From Acidobacteriota bacterium (GTDB lineage Bacteria; Acidobacteriota; UBA6911; RPQK01; JAJDTT01), in assembly GCA_965217775.1 (NCBI GenBank), contig CBDCJH010000002.1:928001-992000 (forward strand): a stretch of DNA of 64,000 nt, read 5' to 3'. The notes under the pieces were generated by a model, which was not told the DNA's origin, searched no databases, and saw nothing but the letters and a program-made list of their open reading frames with translations. The position numbers and the translations under genes are program-made. Of this stretch, positions 1 to 9,897 are shown piece after piece (position 1 is the stretch's first letter; each line of letters opens with the position of its first letter).

Positions 1-496
1 TTCCCGGACTCTCGGGGGAGAGGAGGAGGCGGTTGAAAGGAGTCTCGATCCCCACCTCGCGGCTCTCTTCCAAGGGAATCGGCTCGACCACGAGATAACC
101 GGGGTCCAGCAGATGGGGGCGCCCCCGGATCCAGACCAGAAGTGCCGAATGGGTGTCCGATCCGTAGTGCCGGTCCGCCAGGATCGGTTGGGCCTTGAAA
201 CCCAGGCTGCGGACCAGATGGAGCAGGGTCGCCGTCAATGAGAAGCAGGTCCCTCCCGTTCCCAGATCCCGGTGATCCGTCAGGACCTGGGTGGGGAGGC
301 GCCGTGCTGCCGGTCCCTTGCCGTTCCGGGAACTCCGGATGATCTTGGTCAGGTTCTCGTACGGTAGCTGAGAGAAACTCCGGGCCACGGCGCCGAGGGT
401 GTGGAGCCGGTCCTCACCGGGGCGCAGGCCGTACTGCCGGCAGAAATACTCCAACAACTGCCGGTCCCGCGGTGGAGCCAAGGGGTTCTCGGCCAT
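1..496 (-). CDS. arylamine N-acetyltransferase-like protein (cysteine-protease/transglutaminase fold), runs off the window at its 3' end
   Basis: Manual translation from ATG 496: MAENPL...FSQLPYENLTKII...GTGGTCFSLT...DTHSALLV...LLDPGY, which shows the NAT motifs PYENL, GGxC, H and D. Starts immediately after the selA stop. Not in the ORF track. Confidence 0.7.
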   Translation of the reverse strand, partial: MAENPLAPPRDRQLLEYFCRQYGLRPGEDRLHTLGAVARSFSQLPYENLTKIIRSSRNGKGPAARRLPTQVLTDHRDLGTGGTCFSLTATLLHLVRSLGFKAQPILADRHYGSDTHSALLVWIRGRPHLLDPGYLVVEPIPLEESREVGIETPFNRLLLSPESPG

Positions 497-497
497 G

Positions 498-1898
498 TCA
501 GTCTTCCGACACCGCGTGGGACAGGGATTGGACCAGGACCTCGTCCTCCTCGGGCAACACCGTCCGCAGATCCAGGATGACCCAATTGTCCTCGATTCGG
601 GCCACTATGGGATGGGACCCGTGGCGGAGGCGTCTGGTCAGCTCGTTGCAGGAGAAGGCCGTGGGGCGGAGCGCCAACAAGGTGGTGGGAATGGTTTCCT
701 CAGGAGCCGATCCGCCGCCGGCCAGGGAGAAGCCGTCCAGGATCCGGCTCCGGTACGCTCCCGGGTTCAGACTCCTCCGGATCTGCCGGGCCCGGCTTTC
801 CAGAGAGGCTCTGGAGGTCCCGAGCATCCGGTAGATGGGAAGTCTCTCCAGATACACGCCCTGCTCATAGAGGGAGAGCGTCTGTTGCAGTCCGGCGAAG
901 GTGGCTTTGTCCAGGCGGCAGACCCGAGCCAGCGGATTCTTGCGGACCGCCTCCATCAGCGAGCGCTTCCCCAGAACGATGCCGGCCTGAGGTCCTCCCA
1001 GGAGCTTGTCCCCGCTGAAGCAGACCAGGTCCACGCCCGCCTTCAGGATCTCTTCGACCGTGGGCTCGGACCGCAGAGACGGGTGGGAGGTCCGGAAGAG
1101 GTAGCCGCTGCCGGCGTCCTTGAGCAAGGGAATACCGGCCTCCCGGGACAAAGCGACGAGCTCGGAGAGGGCGGGGCGCCGGCTGAATCCCACCACCCGG
1201 AAATTGCTGGGGTGGACTCTGAGAATGAGAGCCGTGTCCCCGTCCAGGGCGTCACGATAGTCCTCGGTCCGGGTTCGGTTGGTGGTCCCCACTTCCTTCA
1301 ACGAGGCTCCACTCTGCTCCAGGATGGAGGGGACGCGGAAGGATCCGCCGATTTCCACGAGCTCGCCCCGGGAGACCAGCACCTTCTTGCCCCGGGCCAG
1401 GGTGCTGAGGACCAGGAAGAGGGCGGCGGCGTTGTTGTTCACCGCGGTGGCCGCTTCGCAGGGAAGCAGCCTCCGGAACTGCTCCTCCAGGTGCCGGTCT
1501 CGATGTCCTCGCTTTCCCTGATCGAGGTCATACTCCAGGTTGGAGTACCCCTGGGAGAGACTCTTCATGACTTGAGCCGTTTCTTCGTTCAAGGGGGCGC
1601 GGCCCAGGTTGGTGTGGAGAATGATGCCGGTGGCGTTGACGACGGGCCGCAGGGAGGGCCGGAGGCGTTTCCGGAGCGACTTCCCGATCTCCGGCTCCAG
1701 GGCCGCCAGTCCCGACTCCAGTGCCCGGTTCGGGTTGTTGCTCCGGCGAATGGAGTCCCGGAGCCGATCCAAGGCGCGGCGGACCTCTTCGACCACCAGT
1801 TGCCGGGGGTACGCGTCCAGAAGCGGCTCCGCGCCCGGCCCGCGCAGGATCTGGTCAACGGAGGGGATCCGGCGCAGGGTCTCGTGGGCGGTGGGCAC
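498..1898 (-). CDS. selA: L-seryl-tRNA(Sec) selenium transferase
   Basis: Motifs VVNATGIILHTNLGRAPL, YSNLEYDL, VNNNAAA, SRGELVEIGGSFR, FSGDKLLGGPQAG. GTG start at 1898 is inferred. Confidence 0.95.
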   Translation of the reverse strand: MPTAHETLRRIPSVDQILRGPGAEPLLDAYPRQLVVEEVRRALDRLRDSIRRSNNPNRALESGLAALEPEIGKSLRKRLRPSLRPVVNATGIILHTNLGRAPLNEETAQVMKSLSQGYSNLEYDLDQGKRGHRDRHLEEQFRRLLPCEAATAVNNNAAALFLVLSTLARGKKVLVSRGELVEIGGSFRVPSILEQSGASLKEVGTTNRTRTEDYRDALDGDTALILRVHPSNFRVVGFSRRPALSELVALSREAGIPLLKDAGSGYLFRTSHPSLRSEPTVEEILKAGVDLVCFSGDKLLGGPQAGIVLGKRSLMEAVRKNPLARVCRLDKATFAGLQQTLSLYEQGVYLERLPIYRMLGTSRASLESRARQIRRSLNPGAYRSRILDGFSLAGGGSAPEETIPTTLLALRPTAFSCNELTRRLRHGSHPIVARIEDNWVILDLRTVLPEEDEVLVQSLSHAVSED

Positions 1899-2008
1899 GC
1901 CGCCATTATGAATTAGGTCCTGTGAATTGGAAATTGGAAATTGACCGGAGGTCAGGAATGCCGCTATCACCATCGGCTGCTAAGATGGGCCGCCAACAGG
2001 GAGATGCG

Positions 2009-3562
2009 ATGAAGATCGAATGGGCTCTCATCAGTGTGTCGAACAAGGATGGCCTGTCGGCCCTGGCCCGGGGACTCGGCGATCTGGGAATCCGCTGCCT
2101 GTCCACCGGGGGCACGGCCCGGGCCTTGCTTGAGTCCGGCATCGAGGTGACTCCGGTATCCGATTACACGGGGTTTCCCGAGATCCTGGACGGCCGGGTC
2201 AAGACCCTGCACCCGCGGATCCACGCCGGCATCCTGGCCCGGCACGACTTGCCCCATCATCGCGAGGTGTTGACCCGACATGCGATCCAGCCCTTGGGAC
2301 TGGTGGTCGTGAACCTCTATCCGTTCGTGCAGACGGTGAGCCGCGAGGGAGTGACCCTGGAGGACGCCATCGAGCAGATCGACATCGGCGGGCCCTGCAT
2401 GGTCCGCGCGGCGGCCAAGAACTGGGCGCACGTCACCGTCGTCGTGGACCCCTCGGACTACACGTCCGTGCTGGCTGAGCTGGCCGAGAACGGAGGCCGG
2501 ACGCGAAAGTCCACCCGCCTGAGCCTGGCCCGGAAGGCCTTCCGGCATACGGCCCATTACGACACGGCCATCTCCCAGTATCTGGAGGAGGAGAGCGGGC
2601 CGGAAGCCGAAATTCCCGCAACCGTGACCCTTTCCCTGGACCGTCAGGCCCTCCTGCGGTATGGCGAGAATCCACATCAGCGGGCCGCTATCTACCGGCC
2701 GACGGTCGGTCCACCCCAGGGACTGGCGGGGGCGGTTCAGCTCCAGGGAAAGAAACTCTCGTTCAACAACTATCTGGACCTGGACGCAGCTTGGGGCCTG
2801 GTCTCCGAGTTCGAGGAAACGAGCTGCATCATCATCAAGCACAACAACCCGTGCGGCGCCGCGCTGGGAGCCGTGCCCTGGGAAGCCTACCTCAAGGCCT
2901 TGGAGTGCGATCCGGTTTCGGCCTTCGGCTCCATCCTGGCCTTCAACCGGCCCGTGGACGCCGCCACGGCGGAGGCGACCCGGACCCTGTTCGTGGAAGC
3001 CATCATCGCGCCGGCCTACTCGCAGGGGGCTCTGGAGATCTTTGCCAGGAAGAAGAATCTCCGGGTGATGCGGCTCGAGCCGCAACCGTCCACGAGCTCT
3101 TCCCCGGGTTACGACCTCAAGATGATTTCGGGGGCCTGCCTGCTCCAGGATGCGGATCTGGTCCGGGCCACGGCCGACGATCTGAAGGTGGTGACTCGAA
3201 GGCCGCCGGAGCCGGGTGAACTCCAGGACCTGCTCTTCGCCTGGGCCGTGGCCAAGCACGTGAAGTCCAATGCCATCGTGTTCGCCCAGGGCGGCCAGAC
3301 GGTGGGAATCGGAGCGGGCCAGATGAGCCGCGTCGACTCGGTTCGGCTGGCGGCTCAGAAAGCGCAACGTTCGACCGCAGGGGCCAGCATGGCCAGCGAC
3401 GCCTTCTTCCCCTTCCGCGACGGGCTGGACGAGGCGTCCGAGAGTGGGATCACGGCGGTGATCCAGCCCGGCGGATCGGTCCGGGACGCCGAAGTGATCG
3501 AGGCCGCGGACGAGCACGGGATGGCGATGGTCTTTACGGGAATGCGCCACTTCAGACATTGA
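2009..3562 (+). CDS. purH: bifunctional AICAR formyltransferase/IMP cyclohydrolase
   Basis: [49 protein letters not shown]-terminal FTGMRHFRH. Confidence 0.97.
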   Translation: MKIEWALISVSNKDGLSALARGLGDLGIRCLSTGGTARALLESGIEVTPVSDYTGFPEILDGRVKTLHPRIHAGILARHDLPHHREVLTRHAIQPLGLVVVNLYPFVQTVSREGVTLEDAIEQIDIGGPCMVRAAAKNWAHVTVVVDPSDYTSVLAELAENGGRTRKSTRLSLARKAFRHTAHYDTAISQYLEEESGPEAEIPATVTLSLDRQALLRYGENPHQRAAIYRPTVGPPQGLAGAVQLQGKKLSFNNYLDLDAAWGLVSEFEETSCIIIKHNNPCGAALGAVPWEAYLKALECDPVSAFGSILAFNRPVDAATAEATRTLFVEAIIAPAYSQGALEIFARKKNLRVMRLEPQPSTSSSPGYDLKMISGACLLQDADLVRATADDLKVVTRRPPEPGELQDLLFAWAVAKHVKSNAIVFAQGGQTVGIGAGQMSRVDSVRLAAQKAQRSTAGASMASDAFFPFRDGLDEASESGITAVIQPGGSVRDAEVIEAADEHGMAMVFTGMRHFRH

Positions 3563-3610
3563 CGGGAGTGGCCGGTTCGCCGGCCCGACCCGGCCCACGG
3601 AACCCCCTCC

Positions 3611-4384
3611 ATGTTGCTGGTCATCGACATCGGGAACACCAACATCGTCCTGGGAATCTTCCACGGGACGACTCTGGAGCATTCCTGGCGGATCTCCACC
3701 CGCAGGAACCGGACCGTAGACGAGTACGCCTCCCTCTGCGACCACCTCTTCCGCATGGCGGGCGTCCGGATGGACCGGGTGGAGGACATCACCGTATGCA
3801 GCGTGGTTCCGCCGCTGAATGACTGTTTCAAGGCCTTGTCTCTCCGTTACGTTGGCCGCGAACCCCTGATGGTGGATCCGGTGGGCCAATCCCTGTTGCC
3901 CATCCGTTATCAGCCGAAGTCCGACGTGGGCGCCGATCGAGTGGCCAACTCCCTGGCCACGCTGGATCTGGTCGGCGCTCCGGCCATCGCCGTCGACTTC
4001 GGGACCGCCACCACCTTCGACGCCATCTCGGACCGGGGGGAATACGTGGGCGGGGTCATTGCCGCCGGGATCGGAATCTCGGCCGAAGCGCTCTTCGCCC
4101 GGACGGCCAAACTCCCGCGCATCGAGATTGCCCGTCCCGGGCAGGTCGTGGGAACCTCCACCAGTGGCAGCATCCAGTCGGGTCTTTACTACGGCTACGT
4201 GGGACTGGTGGAAGGAATTCTGAAACGGATGAAGGAAGAGTTGGCTGGCGCCCGAGCCGTGGCCACCGGAGGGCTGGCCCCTCTCATCGCCGGCGCCTCG
4301 GAGGGGATCGACCTGATCGAGGAGAATCTGACCTTGTACGGACTCCGGATCTATCACGAGCGCATGTCCGGAAGCCGGGATTGA
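3611..4384 (+). CDS. coaX: type III pantothenate kinase
   Basis: [29 protein letters not shown] motifs. Confidence 0.95.
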   Translation: MLLVIDIGNTNIVLGIFHGTTLEHSWRISTRRNRTVDEYASLCDHLFRMAGVRMDRVEDITVCSVVPPLNDCFKALSLRYVGREPLMVDPVGQSLLPIRYQPKSDVGADRVANSLATLDLVGAPAIAVDFGTATTFDAISDRGEYVGGVIAAGIGISAEALFARTAKLPRIEIARPGQVVGTSTSGSIQSGLYYGYVGLVEGILKRMKEELAGARAVATGGLAPLIAGASEGIDLIEENLTLYGLRIYHERMSGSRD

Positions 4385-4438
4385 GAATGGTAAGCCGCCG
4401 TCAATGGCTGCGGTCGCTGGACCGTCGGCAGGACTGTC

Positions 4439-5143
4439 TTGGATAACTATTTCAACTACTTCACGGAAGTCGAGGAACACTTCATCCGGAGACGGCAGAA
4501 GCACCTGCTGGTTCCCCCTCTGGATTGGTGTCTGATCGAATTGTGGAAGAACAGCGGGATTCCCATACACGTGGTCATCCGGGGGATCGACCGCAGTTTC
4601 GAGACCGCCCGGTCGCGGAAGACCTCGCCCAGAAGTCTCTCCTATTGCCATCCGGCCGTGACTCAGGCCTTCGAGGAGCATCAACGAGCCATGGTGGGCT
4701 CGGGAGAGGAAGAGAGCGGGTCGGATGACTTCCAGGGCAGGGGAGTGGACAGCGCCCGTGTTCTCGAACAAGTGGAGCGCCTGGTGGCGGCGCTCCGGGA
4801 GCGTCCCGAAGAGTTCGACGCGCCCTTGAGCCTGTTGTCGTCCCTGAGGCAGGAGATCAGTGCTCGGGACCAGCTCGACGGACAACAGGTGGACCGGGAC
4901 CTGAACCACGTCGGGGTCCTGGTTGCGGAGGTCCTCCGGGATGGCATGGACCGGAAACGGCTGCAGAGCCTCCGCAGCGAAGTCAGGAAGGAGATGAAGA
5001 TCTACAAGAGGCACCTCTCGCGGGAGTTGTTCCGACGCATGGAGGAGAATTGCCTCCATCGCAAGTTGAGAGAGGCGGCGAAGATCCCCGAGTTCGGCCT
5101 CCTCGCCTTGCAGGTCGGCGAAACCTCTCAGGTTTGGCCGTGA
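4439..5143 (+). CDS. hypothetical protein
   Basis: 234-aa ORF with TTG start and protein-like composition (NYFNYFTEVEEHF...LDWCLIELWK...GIP), downstream of coaX. Confidence 0.7.
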   Translation: MDNYFNYFTEVEEHFIRRRQKHLLVPPLDWCLIELWKNSGIPIHVVIRGIDRSFETARSRKTSPRSLSYCHPAVTQAFEEHQRAMVGSGEEESGSDDFQGRGVDSARVLEQVERLVAALRERPEEFDAPLSLLSSLRQEISARDQLDGQQVDRDLNHVGVLVAEVLRDGMDRKRLQSLRSEVRKEMKIYKRHLSRELFRRMEENCLHRKLREAAKIPEFGLLALQVGETSQVWP

Positions 5144-5377
5144 ATAGCCATCACCGTAATCGACCGGGTTTCCATTCCGGTGATTGATCGTGTTGTTACG
5201 TGACTAACGTTCACCTTTATCACTCACCGGCATCGAGAATCGTTTACCATGGATATCCGAAAAATTGATTTCGTGTCGGCCGGGTGGGGAGGAGACGATG
5301 CGAAATTGTGGGTTATTGAGTTTGGAAAACGAGTCGCGGTTCCCATTCACCAAGACGCTCTACTGAGGAGGAATTAG

Positions 5378-5749
5378 ATGAAGAAAATGATCGGCTTACT
5401 GGTCGTGGCCATGATCGGTGTGCTGGCGCCGGCGTCATTGTCCGCGTCCGGCTCCATTGCGGCCGGCCGGGGCATCAATCCCAGAGATGCATACACCAAG
5501 GGCAAGGCCCTCACCTACAAGAAGTTGGCGTGCGACTCCTGCCCGCTGCAGAAGGGGGAGCTCGGTCGGGCCCGCGCACAGAACTTGAAGAACAGCTTCG
5601 AGGCCCGCGACTCCGCAAATAAGCCGGGTACGCCGGACGATGAGAACATCCAGGTGCTCTGTCCGGGATCTGAGGCCGTCGGGTGTGATGAAGGGGTGGA
5701 CGAACAGGAACTCGTTCACTACTATCTGACGCGCCGTTACAAGCTGTGA
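5378..5749 (+). CDS. secreted small protein with CxxC-P motif, cytochrome-c-like layout
   Basis: RBS GAGGAGG, N-terminal signal peptide, YTKGKAL...KLACDSCP and a C-terminal helix EQELVHYYLTRRYKL. Confidence 0.75.
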   Translation: MKKMIGLLVVAMIGVLAPASLSASGSIAAGRGINPRDAYTKGKALTYKKLACDSCPLQKGELGRARAQNLKNSFEARDSANKPGTPDDENIQVLCPGSEAVGCDEGVDEQELVHYYLTRRYKL

Positions 5750-5802
5750 CGGCATAGAACTCGACGCTGACCCGCTCCGATCCAGGAGCCTAACCAAGGA
5801 AC

Positions 5803-6678
5803 ATGGCAATGCAACGAAAACATCTCTTAATCTTGGCTGCAGCCGCGGCCATCGCAATCAACGGGTCACCTGCGTTCGGCGGCGGCTCGCCCTGGCTTCC
5901 CGCACCCGGCGGCGGCTCTCTCACCGTTTCCTACGTGTCTCAAAACGCGACCGAATTTTTCCGCAGCACCACGAAGAGTCCGACCCCCGGCGGAGGTCAC
6001 GATCTCTCCCAGAAGACCGTCTGGGTGGACGGGACGTACGGCCTTTCCGACTCCCTGGCTCTCGACTTTCGGTTTGGTGGAGCCCAAAGCTCATACGCCA
6101 CCGGGCCCGGTCTGCCCCCGTCCCAGGACAGCATCAGCGGATTGGCGGACATCAATGCCGGCGTGATGTGGCGCGCCGTGGACGAAATCGTGAGCAACGG
6201 GCCGACCATCGCTTTTCGGGCCGGAGTCATCGTGGCCGGAGGCTATGACACCGGCTACATCAATTCTCTGGGAGACGGGGGCAACGGCTTCGAGGTGTCG
6301 GCGCTGATCGGCAAGTACCTCGACAACGGCTTTGCCGTGTCGGGAGAATTCGGTTACCGCAACCGGACCTCCAGTGACCACGACATCCCGCCCAACCTCT
6401 TTGCCCGGCTGGCGGCCGGTGTAGTCTTGGGAAGCCGGGTCGGAGTGTCGTTCAACTATCAGATGGAGGATTCCACGTCCGGTATAGAGATCGGCGGCCC
6501 GGGATTCTCTCCCATGGTATTTCCCGAACTGCAGGAAGACTTCCATATTGTCGGTCCTTCGGTGAGCATCGCCATTTCGGACCGGGCCAACATCGGAGCT
6601 TCCTACGGCAGGGTGATCGCCGGGCGTAATACGGCCGTTTCCAACGTCATCGGCGTTTCCCTCAACCTGGTGTTCTAA
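5803..6678 (+). CDS. putative outer-membrane beta-barrel protein
   Basis: Signal peptide, alternating amphipathic strands, C-terminal Phe (…GVSLNLVF). Confidence 0.7.
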   Translation: MAMQRKHLLILAAAAAIAINGSPAFGGGSPWLPAPGGGSLTVSYVSQNATEFFRSTTKSPTPGGGHDLSQKTVWVDGTYGLSDSLALDFRFGGAQSSYATGPGLPPSQDSISGLADINAGVMWRAVDEIVSNGPTIAFRAGVIVAGGYDTGYINSLGDGGNGFEVSALIGKYLDNGFAVSGEFGYRNRTSSDHDIPPNLFARLAAGVVLGSRVGVSFNYQMEDSTSGIEIGGPGFSPMVFPELQEDFHIVGPSVSIAISDRANIGASYGRVIAGRNTAVSNVIGVSLNLVF

Positions 6679-6762
6679 AGCGAAGATCTATCGGGCCGGC
6701 GGCCCGCAACGAAGGTGGTAACGACTTTCGCCGCGGGCTGCCTGGGCCCGGACGGATATCGG

Positions 6763-7638
6763 TCACGGCTGGTTCAAGTTCCAGTCGTATCCGTAATCCA
6801 CGGCCCCCTCGAAGTTCTTCAGGCGCTCCGCCAATTCCTCGTCGGCATACCGGGCCAAGTGCTTGAGCACGTTTTCCTCGGTGTCGCCGAAGTCCTCCGA
6901 GAACCAGGTGTAGATGCTGGAGATGACGATGAAATCGTCGTCGACGAAATCGACGCCCCGGGAATGATTCACATAGGCGCGGGCGCCGGCATCCAACAGT
7001 GCCTCCGTATTGGCCGCGGTGAAGACCGTCTCCAGCAGATTCGGACACCCCAGGCTGGCGCAGTTCACGCCATAGTGAATCCGGGCATCGCGGTAGATGG
7101 GCCTCAGGATGCCATGTTCGATGTTGTCCAAGGTCAGGTCCCGGCCGCAGACCTTGGCCCGCAGGTCACCCCACGGGCCGACCGGAATCAGGCCTCCCAG
7201 CATGCTGTTGCTTATTTTCCGGATCGAGTCGACGGGATAGGCCTCGACCACCACCTGCACGGTCAGTGAATTGTAAAAGTTGAACCAATAGGCTTTCTGT
7301 TCCCGGCGCGAGTAGTTCCTGGGATCGAGTTCCTGCAGATAGGACAGGTATCCGGCCAGTTTGGCGGCATCATCGGTGTTGGCCTTCAAGGCGGCATAGT
7401 CGAATCGATTGACACCCGAGCTGTGAGCCCGGAGATAGGTGTCCAGGATTTCCTGCCACGCACTGTGATCGATTTGGGAGGTATTGGATTCCTCACTGGC
7501 ATCCCAGAACGGAATCAGCTTCGACTTGCTCTGGGCGGGGACGGAGCCGGTGATCAGGGTCAGTCCGATCAGACCTGCGGCGACGCGGCGGCGCAGTATC
7601 AAGGGGGCGATGGGGTTCCGTGAACGTATCCGTCTCAT
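6763..7638 (-). CDS. DUF547 domain protein
   Basis: IDHSAWQ, AYWFNFYN, LTLDNIEHGILR, DARIHYGVNCASLGCPNL, ISSIYTWFSEDF, YDWNLN. The ATG overlaps the upstream stop (ATGA). Confidence 0.9.
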   Translation of the reverse strand: MRRIRSRNPIAPLILRRRVAAGLIGLTLITGSVPAQSKSKLIPFWDASEESNTSQIDHSAWQEILDTYLRAHSSGVNRFDYAALKANTDDAAKLAGYLSYLQELDPRNYSRREQKAYWFNFYNSLTVQVVVEAYPVDSIRKISNSMLGGLIPVGPWGDLRAKVCGRDLTLDNIEHGILRPIYRDARIHYGVNCASLGCPNLLETVFTAANTEALLDAGARAYVNHSRGVDFVDDDFIVISSIYTWFSEDFGDTEENVLKHLARYADEELAERLKNFEGAVDYGYDWNLNQP

Positions 7639-8402
7639 GGGATTTTGTTCTCCTTGCCGTGGCGGACAGATGCCGTCGAAACCGGCGTCCAACCGCGAAT
7701 CCAAAGGCCGAAGATCATGGAAAGTATTCCGAAGCCGGCCCCGATGACGCCTCTGAGGGTCCCCCCGACCTTCGATTTTCCGAAGCGCCGGCGCCGCGTA
7801 TCCACCGGGGTCTCGACCATTCGCATTCTAGACTGGATCGCCTTGACCTGCATCTCCACCGTCCAGCCGTAGGCGGTGTCCTGCATCTCCAGGCGCCGCA
7901 GCGCGTCTGCCCGAATGGCCCGGAACGGACCCAGGTCGGTGATCCTCGCTCTCCACAGCAACCGGATCAACAGGCTCGCCACGCGGTTGCCGGCGAACTG
8001 CGGCACCGACAGGGCGCCCGGCTCCATCCGTCCCAGGACCCGGGACCCGATGACCAGGTCGGCGCCGGTTGCGATCGGCGCCAAGAGATCAAGGGACTGG
8101 CGCACGTCGAAGGCCTGATCGCCATCGACGAACAGGACCACGTCCACCGGTTTCAGGGCCGCGATGGCCGTCAGGCAAGCCCTGCCGTAACCCGGCGCCG
8201 GCTCCCTGGCCACGCGCGCGCCGGCCTGCCTTGCCTGCTGCGCCGTTCCGTCTGTCGAAGCGTTGTCGCACACCACCAGATCGTCGATCACTCGGTGCCC
8301 GCTCTCCGTGCGCAGGTCCCGCAGTGCTCTGACGACGGCGCTGATATTTTTTTCTTCGTCGTTTGCCGGGATCACGGCGCCGACGGTCAGGTCTCCGTAC
8401 AT
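7635..8402 (-). CDS. glycosyltransferase family 2 (polyprenol-phosphate mannose synthase-like)
   Basis: VIPANDEE, CDNASTDGT, GYGRAC, FVDGD, DLVIGSR, TDLGPFRAI, GWTVEMQ. Confidence 0.9.
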   Translation of the reverse strand: MYGDLTVGAVIPANDEEKNISAVVRALRDLRTESGHRVIDDLVVCDNASTDGTAQQARQAGARVAREPAPGYGRACLTAIAALKPVDVVLFVDGDQAFDVRQSLDLLAPIATGADLVIGSRVLGRMEPGALSVPQFAGNRVASLLIRLLWRARITDLGPFRAIRADALRRLEMQDTAYGWTVEMQVKAIQSRMRMVETPVDTRRRRFGKSKVGGTLRGVIGAGFGILSMIFGLWIRGWTPVSTASVRHGKENKIP

Positions 8403-9700
8403 GGCTTTTGGGGGGGGTGCCCGCGGTCCGTTCCGGCTACGGGATTCGTCAGACGACGCCGGATCAGGTCGACGGCCAGCGCCAGCAAGATCAAGCCGAA
8501 TTCCAGGAATCGGATCCAGGTTGGCTGCTGGTAGGCCTGCAAGGTGTAGTCATCCAGGTGGATTCCGATCACGTAGCTGAGCAGGACCGCGCCCGAGGCC
8601 GTCCAGGCCCAGGCGCTGGGGAAGATGGCCGCGAAGGGGAGCAACCAGAGCAGATACCAGGGATTGATCACCGGGGAAACCACGAGCAACCCGCCGTAGA
8701 GCCAATCGCCCCGGGGGATGGCGTGTCGGCCGCCTCGTGCGAACTTTCCGGCATAGCGCAGCCAGAAAACAGCGAACATCAGACCCAGAATCAGCCGGGA
8801 CTCGAACCGTGGCAATAGGGTCCCCAGCAAGCCGAAGGCCGCGGAGTTGAACTCCCATTCCCGCGCAAAAACCTGCAACGAGGCGAGGTTCGTGCCGCCC
8901 ATCAGGGCGAATGGAGCATACAATCCGGTCAGTGTAGCGCCGAACAGCAACCAGTGGCGGGGTCGGGATCGCAGCAACACCAACGGCGCCAGCACTAGGG
9001 CGAAGATCTTGGCTCCCGCGGCCATCCCCAGGCAGACGGCGGCGCTTCCCCGGCGCCGGTTTCGGACGAGCAGGATCGCCGCCATGAGCAGGCAGGCTCC
9101 GGCGCCGTCCGGATGCGCCGTGAAGGCGACTTCTTTGATGACGAGCGGGCACCATGCGTAGAGCATGACGTTCCGGGCCGGCGCCATGCGGAGCAGGATC
9201 CGGACCAGTCCCAGGTCGACCAGGATCAGGATCAGCTGCAGTGGCGTCACGCTGCCCGGTTGCAACCAGTAGCCCAGCAGAAAGAGGAGCTGCGTCGTCG
9301 GTCCGTAAATGGTCGGCAGGTCGGGGTTGTTGATGTTGTCCAGCGACTGTTGAAACGCCGCCGGAACGTTCGTGTCCAGAAAGAACGCCTCCGGCGCGGC
9401 GCCGTAGGGCGTTCCGGCCGTGGCGAATCGGTAGCCGTCCCACAGGTAACGATAGAAGTCGTCCTCGAAGAAGGGTCCGCCGACGAGGCCGCAAATTCTG
9501 AACACCACGGCCCAGAGGAACATGCGCCCGATGGGAAACGGTTCGCCGCGCCGCCGAAAATAGAAGTAGAGTCCGAAGACCGGCAGTCCGGTCCAGGCCA
9601 CCAGCACGAAGAAGATGGAAAGATCCGGTTCACCAGGCTGTCGCGCCAGATAGGCGAGGGCGCCGTATCCGATCGCGCACCAACAACCGACTGCGTCCAC
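8387..9700 (-). CDS. polytopic membrane glycosyltransferase (GT-C, GT87/DUF2029-like)
   Basis: EDDFYRYLWDG, TIYGP, AWCPL...E...HPD, WEFN, SPVINPWY and many TM segments. Start codon uncertain. Confidence 0.75.
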   Translation of the reverse strand: MDAVGCWCAIGYGALAYLARQPGEPDLSIFFVLVAWTGLPVFGLYFYFRRRGEPFPIGRMFLWAVVFRICGLVGGPFFEDDFYRYLWDGYRFATAGTPYGAAPEAFFLDTNVPAAFQQSLDNINNPDLPTIYGPTTQLLFLLGYWLQPGSVTPLQLILILVDLGLVRILLRMAPARNVMLYAWCPLVIKEVAFTAHPDGAGACLLMAAILLVRNRRRGSAAVCLGMAAGAKIFALVLAPLVLLRSRPRHWLLFGATLTGLYAPFALMGGTNLASLQVFAREWEFNSAAFGLLGTLLPRFESRLILGLMFAVFWLRYAGKFARGGRHAIPRGDWLYGGLLVVSPVINPWYLLWLLPFAAIFPSAWAWTASGAVLLSYVIGIHLDDYTLQAYQQPTWIRFLEFGLILLALAVDLIRRRLTNPVAGTDRGHPPQKPCTET

Positions 9701-9828
9701 CAGCCTGCGAGAGCTGGCGTTGGACGGGGCGTGGTTTTTTTGTAGGAGAGATTTCTGAGACACGGTGGTTTGGGTCTCGTGAACGCGATCAGGCCTTAGT
9801 ATACGAATTTGAGGGTGTGTGGGGGTGT

Positions 9829-9892
9829 GTAGAGGGGGGGCTTCCAGCCCCCCCTGACCCCCCCGAATCGGCGGCAAGAAAGCCGCCGCTCC
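9829..9892. repeat. REP-like inverted doublet
   Basis: GTAGAGGGGGGGCTTCCAGCCCCCCC on + followed by GGAGCGGCGGCTTTCTTGCCGCCG on -. Confidence 0.6.
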
Positions 9893-9897
9893 GCTCC

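Noticed and set aside
1967-5059. Very long antisense ORFs (e.g. 1967..5059 -, 41737..44859 -, 19919..21943 +, 399..1916 +)
   Set aside because: These are shadow ORFs opposite well-supported genes, as expected in high-GC DNA, and they carry no motifs.
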